Shown here: positions 54,466-64,000 of the stretch, in pieces
How the letters are laid out: each line of letters opens with the position of its first letter
Numbering within the stretch: the stretch's first letter is position 1
Assembly (NCBI GenBank): GCA_951406725.2
Contig: OX597816.1
Span: 30,628,001-30,692,000 of the forward strand
Reading direction: 5' to 3'
Origin: Octopus vulgaris
Lineage: Eukaryota
Length of the DNA: 64,000 nucleotides
Translations under genes and position numbers: made by a program
Notes under the pieces: model-generated
Seen by the model: only the letters and a program-made list of their open reading frames with translations
Told to the model about the DNA's origin: nothing
Database searches by the model: none

Positions 54466-54840
54466 GTGGAGGCGCAATGGCCCAGTGGTTAGGGCAGCGG
54501 ACTCGCGGTCGTAGGATCGCGGTTTCGATTTCCAGACCGGGCGTTGTGAGTGTTTATTGAGCGAAAGCACCTAAAGCTCCACGATCCCTGCTGGTGATCC
54601 CTGCTGTACTCTTTCACCACAACTTTCTCTCAGTCTTATTTCCTGTTTCTGTTGTACCTGTATTTCAAGGGGCCAGCCTTGTCACTCTCTGTGTCACGCT
54701 GAATATCCCCGAGAACTACGGTAAGGGTACACGTGTATGTGTAGTGCTCAGCCACTTGCACGCTAATTTCACGAGCGGGCTGTTCCGTTGATCGGATCAA
54801 CCGGAACCCTCGTCGTCGTAACCGACGGAGTGCTTCCTCC
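54466..54840 (+). mobile_element. SINE family A, full length
   Basis: TSD TATTACA(C/T)GTGTGG at 54451-54464 and 54841-54854. Confidence 0.95.
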
Positions 54841-56214
54841 TATTACATGTGTGGTATAGTAAGGCACGTAGCCACGGGGTGGGGGACTATGGGGTGCTCA
54901 GCACCCCTAGTTAGAATCCCCCCCCCATATGAGAATTTGTTTTATCCACTTCTGAAATAAAACATTGTCGCCGCCTTCTTTTTTCTCATAAGGAATATCT
55001 GAAGTAGTTAAAGATGCAATAATTTGAATTTCTTTTGATTTAGTCGTTAGTGATATGAAAACGTGGGTATATTAGATCTGGTCAAAGTGTTTGTTGTAGC
55101 TGTAATTGTTGTCGCTGAATTGGCTGCCGACCCGGTCATCAACTATGGGGTTGAATTAAGGAGTGGCTGACGATGAGTCAGTTGTTGTTGTGATGGTGGT
55201 GCTCATGGTAGCGACGGCGGTGGTGGTACTGGTGATTGTCCTTGTTGCTGTTAAAACTATGTGAAGAATTGTAGCTGTAGTTAGAGATTTTATGGTAGTA
55301 AACACATCACTGCACACACACATATATATATGAACAGAGACGGACATTAAAAAGTAATTTTATTTCTATTAGTCAGAGAGGATTATTATTCGCGAAAAAG
55401 GAAAGACAATTTTTGAAATTTCCCAAAATATACGTTCAGAAAGATTTTTCAGGTGAGAACTTTCACTGAATAATTTTTCTTATTTCTTTGAACAAAGTTT
55501 ATACTGAAATCATTTTGTGTTAAACTAAAAATGTATAACTTTGAAGAAATTGAAAAAAAATAAATGCTTGAACTGAAACCTCTTATGAGTTTAGTTTAAA
55601 ATTACATAAATTTTAAGAAATTGTTACTCTTACTACGATATTCTACCTTAGAATTCCTTATTTCGAATATCAGTGCCCAAAAATAATGAATCACTACCGA
55701 AAAAGAGAACTGAAGCAATCATTGCTGAATTTCCAATCTGATTCATCTAATAATGATAAACAGAAGAGAATTGCAGAGATAAACGGAAGAGCTGATCGGA
55801 AATTTTCCTAAAGGTAACCAATTCAAATTTACGGAACATAGTAAATTTACCACCCTAGTAGACCTTCGCCAGATTTGAACTCATAAAGAAAGGAACCGGA
55901 GACGTTGACCTCGATTGGTACTTTTTCTTTTTTATCGAACCTGGAAGATAAAAAGCAAAACTGACTTTGGCAGAATTTCAACTCGAGCAGTTTTATCGAA
56001 TGCTCTCAACATTGTTCGTGTTTGTCTGTCGTGTAATATGCCGTAACAAGTATAAGATAGAATACAATAGACTACCCGTGACCCGTTGGATCACTGACAG
56101 TTCAGATTATAAAACATTAAGGTCTTATTATTTACAGCATCTAATAGAAATAGAACTTCCGGGATAAATGCTGTTACTCTAGTAACAGCATTTATTTATG
56201 GTATATGTGCACAC

Positions 56215-56485
56215 GGATCTTTTCGGTTTGAACGGCAGTTTTTTTCTAGCGGTGTCATATGAAATTGTCACCCATAGTTATGACTCTAGTATCGATCTAT
56301 TGCATTTCAATCTGTTTTAGGGTTAGGGTTAGTTAAGGTTAGTTATCTTACAAACTATAGAATTTTCTCAATAAAGCCAAGAGAAAAATATGTTTTATAA
56401 ACACATTCTACCAGTATACGAAGTGTAAAATTTTTTAGTTACCTAGAAATTATGTTAAAAACTGCCGTTCAAACCGAAAAGATCC
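56215..56485. mobile_element. 271-bp MITE with 29-bp TIRs and 8-bp TSD
   Basis: TIR GGATCTTTTCGGTTTGAACGGCAGTTTTT, perfect at both ends; TSD GTGCACAC at 56207-56214 and 56486-56493. Confidence 0.95.
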
Positions 56486-56769
56486 GTGCACACTTCTACA
56501 AAAATGCAAAAGGAATTGTTATATAATATAAACTTAAAATTAATGGAAACAATTTTCCCATTTCAGGGTTACGTTATTTCAGTATATTTTCCCATTAGGC
56601 ACTGTCTTGTCTATCTCAGGAATCCGTAGTTCGATTTTACGCGAGACTTGTTTTTTTCCGTTTGTATTCACAATTCAGGTACATCTTATTTCAGAGTATT
56701 TCCCACTATACGTTGGTTTGGCTGTATTAACTAATTGACAAGATCGCAAGCAAGCACACAAACAAAACT

Positions 56770-58451
56770 GGCGTAACTTGAGAAGTTAACACTCCGCCCA
56801 AATTTGTTGGCACATAACTTCCAGAGAAATGGGTAGTTTATAACGAAATTTTCAACAAATGCCGCTTAGATGATGTGGATTCGGAATATTTAGGGATTTA
56901 TGAGAAAACCTTTTCAAGGAGGTAAGGAGAGGAGTTTCCGACTTTTTTGCCTCAAAACTTTCAGGAAATACAATACCTTGCAGACGGCATAGATTACTAT
57001 TATAAAGAAATCTGAAGGGAGAATTTTTCTATGGGTGTAGGGAGAGGAGTTTCGAAAAACTGAGTTTCTGATCTGGAAAACAAAATGTTGGAACTACTCC
57101 GTTTTGACAGGGATTTTCCCGTTTTTCTTAAACCACTGACTTGGAAATTATGTGGTCGAAGAACATCTTTTTATGAAAAAAAAAGTTTAAAAATTTAACC
57201 CCCCCCCCCACATACACACCTCATCATCCCACTCTAGAACTATTTTGGCAATTCTTTGTGCTTCAAAACCACAGGAGGAACTTTTCGGTAAAAAAACATA
57301 TATTTTAAAAATTGTTAATATTTTCAGAGGAGAAAGTGAGTGATTTAATGGAGATTTGGCTGTTGTTTCTAGCACATCCCCAGACAACTCACCTCGTTCC
57401 TTTCTCACTCTCGAGTGTATTGATGTTTTTCAATATTCTTCTCTCCATAAATACATTTTTATGATATAAAAAAAATTGAAAAAATTTGAATTTTTCGCAA
57501 CCACGCTTCCTGCCACCGATTGTTTCTATTTATAAATTAAAATACTGGAGAACCTGAGAAGGTTATTGTTGGCATTTATTGACATGGTATGTAAACAATA
57601 ATTCATTTTAATAGCGTACATTTCTCTTAGAAAATGTTTTTTTCTTACACTCACGCACGGCTTCTCTTGACTGATTTGGGTGTAAAAATTAAAATTACAA
57701 TGTTTTATTGTTGCTTATATTCCACCAATGCACCACGCATTGTTACTTCGGCATCATCATTCCATAAATTGTTTAACGGGAGAAAAATATTGAGAAAGCA
57801 TCAATACATGTGAGAGTGAAAACGGAGGGTGGTTTACAAGGTGCTAGAAATAAACAGCCAAATCTCCCTTGAATCGTACAGCTTTTTCTCTGAAAATTTT
57901 TACATTTTTATTTTTTACCGAAAAGGTTCGTCACATGGTTTCTAAGTTTTAAAAAATGGGTAAAATCGGTCCGGAGAGGATAGTGAGGAATTTCAAAAAC
58001 TCTCAAAATCTTTTTTCATAAAAAGATGTCACAACTTTATCATTTCAAATGCTGTGGTGGAATGTAAATTGGGAAAAATCTCCCTGAAAAGGGAGTAGTT
58101 CCAACTTATTTAATGTTCCTTATCTGAAACTCCTCTCCTGCCCACCTCCGAAAAGATTTTCCACACAAATTTCTTTATAACTGTAATCTATGCCGTTTGA
58201 AAGGTATTTGTGTAAAATTTCATTAAAAGAAATCCATTTTCCTGGAAGTTACGAGGAAAAAAAATCGGATCGTGTGTATTTTCTGAAACTCCTATCCCCA
58301 TCGCTTCGTAAAAAGTTTTCCCATAAATCCTTACATACTCTAAATTCAGAGCATGTAAGCGGTATTTGTTGAAAGTTTTATCAGAAAGTATCCATTTTTC
58401 TGCAAGTTATGAGGCAACAAAATCGGTGGAGTACATATCTGTAGTTATGCC
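56770..58451. mobile_element. ~1.7-kb fold-back element with ~680-bp diverged inverted arms
   Basis: Termini GGCGTAACT...AGTTATGCC; arms 56770-57446 and 57779-58451 align as reverse complements along their length. Confidence 0.8.
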
Positions 58452-58457
58452 ACCAAA

Positions 58458-58722
58458 AGACTAACCCGTGTTCACAGCGAAGGGCAATGACTCCAGGATT
58501 TATTGCTTAAATTTTTGGGAACAAACCCCCAAATGAACGCGTACCTCGGAAACTCGTACTTCGATTTACACAAAAATTTGTTATATTCCGTTTGTATTCA
58601 AATCTTATGGGCACTTTACTTTCAGAATATTTTCCCATTTTGCGCCGGTTTAGCTGTCTTAAATGACAGACAAGCAAGCAAACAAGCAAGCAATCACAGA
58701 GTTTTAGTAGTATATAGATAGA
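58458..58722 (+). mobile_element. Possible non-autonomous Helitron-like remnant
   Basis: ACTAACCCGTG start and (CAAG)n plus TTTTAGTAGTATATAGAT end, typical of such elements. Confidence 0.4.
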
Positions 58723-59076
58723 TAGACGGGAGTCGTTCTGAACAAGATTTTGTAATGTATAGAATAATGAAATGTAGTGTAGTGCAAGGTTGTACATCAA
58801 CATATTGCAATATAATGTAGTATTGCGCAATAAGTAAATATTTTAAAGGTACTGTATTGTAGGGATTTATAAATACTAGCAGTGCTACACATATTTACAT
58901 GCAGGTAAAAGATTTTAGTTTATGCCTTAAGCCAATCGTCTATTTCTATATTCAAATATTTCCTTATTCAAGGTTTGGATAGATGCTTTCCTTCAAGTTT
59001 ACTTCTTCCTCACGGCATACTTAGAAATGACAACATGATTTCAAAAAAAATTGCCGTTGCAGCAACAACACCAGCA

Positions 59077-59080
59077 GTAA

Positions 59081-59159
<79 letters not shown>

Positions 59160-59261
59160 GGTGGTGGTGGTGGTAGAAGTAGTAGTAGTAGTGGTAGTAG
59201 TAGTTGTAGTAGTAGTAGTAGCAGCAGCAGCAGATGATAATGATGATGATGATGATGACGG

Positions 59262-59335
<74 letters not shown>

Positions 59336-59452
59336 GTGGTGATGATGATGATGATAATGATGATGTTGATGATGATGAGGATGAAGATGATGATGATAAT
59401 GATTATGATGATGATGATGATGGTGGTGATGTTGACAATGATGATGATGATT
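59077..59452. repeat. (TAG)n-(TGG)n-(GAT)n compound trinucleotide tract
   Basis: Direct observation. Confidence 0.95.
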
Positions 59453-59872
59453 TAAATGCTGATGCTCTATAGCATGTTTTTAAGTTTGTTATACATAGAC
59501 TCTGCGAAGCTTAAAACGAGATCTTTTAGTTTAGAGAACAGAAAATGTTCGTAGATTCAGGTGGCTGCAGTGAAAATATTTATAGATAACACGCTAATGT
59601 AATGCACTTTTGATATCATGGGGGTTGGTTGGACGGATGCTTGGAGGAAGTCCGTGTTTGACATTATAACATTGTGAAGAAATAAATTCACCTGTCTTCG
59701 TGGTTATATTACCCAAGTTCATTATTCACTAGAAATGTAGCAGGTATTGAAATAAAGTTGCCACACACACCCACACGTATATATGCATATACCAGCCACA
59801 AACACACACCTACACACACATATGTGTGTCTATGTATGTGTGCGTCTATCTATGCATATATAAATGTATATG

Positions 59873-59918
<46 letters not shown>

Positions 59919-62194
59919 ATTTAAGTCCTGCTCTATGTAAGCTATTACTCGTCGCAAGAGACCTCATAATAAAACTTTGGGAAATATATGGCAGTTTAAC
60001 AATAGCAATAGAATATATAAAATAACAGAAAATCCCCATTTCTTCTGAACATAGAGACGTAGGCAACTACTTATCTTGTTATTTCTTGCCACAGAACAGA
60101 AAGGAAAATGAAATTTCGTCAACCAAATTCTCCTTTACGATTTAATGACCAGCTTTAGCAATATCACTTTAACCGGTATATTTTTGGATGATATCTGTGA
60201 GATAAAATATTGTTGTCAGTTTTTATTTACTTTTACTCTTCTTGTCAGTTTTTACTTTTACTCCTCTTGTATTACTTTGTCGGTTAATTTCTTCTGAAAC
60301 CCAACAATGTGCAAAATTTCAAATTCAACGATCAGCTATAAAAAGGATTTATATGGACATCACAGCTGGAACTAATTCATTCTGACGTTCAAATCCTTTG
60401 GCGCACGTTGCCCACTGTCTTCTACGAGGCTATCACGTGATGTTTCCATTTTTATGTTTTAACGCAAACGTTAGAGAATTAATTTCAAAAGTAAGCTTTT
60501 TCACATGACATTTGATGTTTGTTTAAGACACCATCAAATCCGTGTATTCACAATGTTTCGACACTGTTTTAATCTACTTGTAAAAAAGTGGGTAGCAGGA
60601 AAAGCTGAACAGATATTTTGAAAAATCAGAAATACTCATATGTATGCATACATGTACATACATACATAATACATACATACATACATACATACATACATAC
60701 ATACATACATACATACATACATACATACATGCATACATACATGCATACATACACATATACATACACACATATATGTATGTATATGCACACATGCATACAC
60801 TCACATATAAAATGCACATATACTCCAGTAATATTCTAAATATTTTCGAGGATGTTTCAAGATTCTCAAACATCCAAAAGAGGGAGTAATGTGTCGTTAC
60901 TATAAATGAGAAAGCAGAGCACATGGTATAAATTATAGGTTTATATATTTGTCTGCCTGTATCGGCAAGGTTTTACAACTAGAAAGCAGGAAAATCCCAA
61001 ATTTGTTACTGTCAACGCAGAAGCTGTGTGTCATTACTGAAGTTGACCAATCGAAAGTAGATGCCTACCATTTTGACTTTGTAAATATATTCGACATACG
61101 TGTTCTCCGGAAAATATGCCATAAAATTTGTGAACATAGTTTAGTGTGTATCTAGGGGAATAGATGTAAGACTTAAATGATAGAAATAAAATTGATGCGG
61201 CCAATTGAGCCTTGTCTGAAGGGTCAAAAACTCTCAGCTGTCTTGTTTTTCATCATAGACTGTAAAGAACTTTATGTGAATTATCATGATTTATATGTGC
61301 ATTTGTCATAACTAGAGATTAGCATACAATAAACTCTCTCCCACCCTGAAAAAATGAAGAAGAAGCCGGAATGGTAAAGTAACCATATTGAATCCGCCAT
61401 TAAGCATTCATACTGCTAAAACAATGGGTAAGAAGTTTCTGTCACTACAATGTCAATATTTCGCAATAATACACAACTTTCAATTCAACTAAAATTAAGA
61501 TAAGCTATTCCTGCCTGAATAATATCGTTTCCCAGATGACAAAGTACAACTGAAAATATACACGTAGACAGCCTTCACACATACATCCCCTATGTAAGTA
61601 AAAAATAATGAAATCGTCTGGAATGACTAAAGATATTTTGTTGTTACAAAACAGTAATAGTCTAAGCATGTTTAATGACCAATTATGATATTAATTGCAC
61701 AAACTCATCTGGCCAACATCTTATTGATACTAAGACCACCACAATAATTTAAAAGGTTATAACGCATTACATAAATTGTTCAAGGTAACTTTTAAAATGT
61801 TAATGTTTTGTGAATTTATTTTCTGAATTAGGGAGAACATGAGGCTGAACAACAAGAACTTTACCACGTTGTCAGAGTCTGCATTGTCAAAAATTCGGAT
61901 GACCGAAAAACTGAGATGCCTCTCCTCCAACGGTTTTTCTAGGAATACGATGAAGATGTATTTCTTCTTCCGCAGCCTAATTTGTAAAAATAAATATGCT
62001 ACCAATTTGGCTGTACTCACAGGATTCTACTTTAAAACAAGCATCACTAGAAAAGGCTTGATAATCTTTACTAGAAAAAAAGTCACGATACTTTACATAA
62101 ATCTCCTACAGACACAATCAAACACATGCACACATACATACATATGTGTGTGTGTGCGTACGTGTATTTGTGTGTAGGTATATATAACGTAGAT

Positions 62195-62587
62195 TGTGGA
62201 GGCGCAATGGCCCAGTGGTTAGGGCAGCGGACTCGCGGTCGTAGGATCGCGGTTTCGATTCCCAGACCGGGCGTTGTGAGTGTTTATTGAGCGAAAACAC
62301 CTAAAGCTCCACGAGGCTCCGGCAGGGATGGTGGTGTTCCCTGCTGTACTCTTTCACCACAACTTTCTCTCACTCTTACTTCCTGTTTCTGTTCTACCTG
62401 TATTTCAAAGGGCCGGCCTTGTCACTCTCTGTGTCACACTGAATATCCCCGAGAATTACGTTAAGGTTACACGTGTCTGTGGAGTGCTCAGCCACTTACA
62501 TGTTAATTTCACGAGCGGACTGTTCCGTTGATCGGATCACCCGGAACCCTCGTCGTCGTAACCGACGGAGTGTTTCCACTTCCACAC
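62195..62587 (+). mobile_element. SINE family A, full length
   Basis: TSD ATAACGTAGAT at 62184-62194 and 62588-62598. Confidence 0.95.
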
Positions 62588-63147
62588 ATAACGTAGATGT
62601 CTGATTTTTAATCTGTATCGTAAATACTGCAAGTTAAATGCAATATAAAATATGTACAATTCCGATATACTTGTGAAAAAGATTTAAAAAGTATGAGACA
62701 TTGGGAAAAATATGCACGCACCAATATGAAGAGGAAACATTCGCAGAGCTATTAACGACAGGTCGTTGAAGATTCTATACCATCTATCATTTTGCTTCTC
62801 ACACGTTTTCATATATTCTGTACATGCTAACACAAATGCCCTATAAGGATTGTACTTGTGAAAGAAACCTCATGCTTTCACCCAGACGTGCCTTTCTTAC
62901 TCAAAAGTTAACTGAATACTTTGCTGCAAGTGCTTTGCTATCGTATCTGTCTGTTCATTATGTCATTCACTAAAATACATTTTCCCACACACTCATCAGA
63001 AGTTCACACAAAACACATGATTATGGGTACATACATATATGCAGTGTATACACACACACGCATATAGAAATATATTTCTATGACCGTATATTGTTTGTGT
63101 TCATTTTGCTCTTAAGAAAAATTATACACGCACGCATATGTACCCAA

Positions 63148-63580
<433 letters not shown>

Positions 63581-63849
63581 CATCGTGCTATTTATACGCA
63601 CTCATATATACATGTGGTATATGTCTACATATGTATATGCATATTTCACGTGGGCGTGGTCATGAAATTGCACTAAGGGATGGTATCGTTGTTGTAATTA
63701 ATTTTCATCCATATGAATATGATATATGCTTTCAATTGATAGTAATAGTTGTTTAAAATGTGTCACATATTGTTCTGCGAAAAATTTTCAATGTTGTTTT
63801 TTTGCGGATGTACTCTCTTTCTCTCTCTCTCTCTTTTACTCTTACTCTT

Positions 63850-64000
63850 CCTCTTTTACTTATTTCAGTCATTTGACTGTGACCATGCTGGAGCACCGCC
63901 TTTAGTCGAGCAAATGCAGCCCAGGACATTGTAAGCCTAGTACTTATTATATCGGTCTCTTTTGCCGAACCGCTAAGTTACGGGGACGTAAACACACCAT
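63850..64000 (-). mobile_element. SINE family B 3' part (runs off the window)
   Basis: TTTCAGTCATTTGACTG...GGGGACGTAAACACACC. Confidence 0.9.

Noticed and set aside
56315-56345. True telomere or chromosome fusion site
   Set aside because: Only two or three units, enclosed within a MITE.

Overview
AT-rich, microsatellite-dense eukaryotic DNA. The repeat families (tRNA-headed SINEs, Penelope-like, RTE, Tc1/mariner, Helitron fragments) look like octopus/cephalopod genomic DNA; this is an inference from pattern recognition, not a database result. No intact protein-coding gene is supported: nearly all ORFs in the track are translations of microsatellites or SINEs, or are decayed transposon ORFs. 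The window is probably intronic or intergenic. Main unexplained structure: at least seven type I hammerhead-ribozyme motifs (one with a fully intact core) in short Penelope-type modules that sit in or beside (TA)n tracts, four of them with greatly enlarged stem II domains. Other notable items are SINE dimers/trimers inserted as single units with a shared junction, a SINE whose tail matches an RTE LINE 3' end in the same window, a 5'-inverted RTE insertion, a MITE carrying TTAGGG repeats, and several long fold-back structures. Coordinates were counted by eye and may be off by a few bases.
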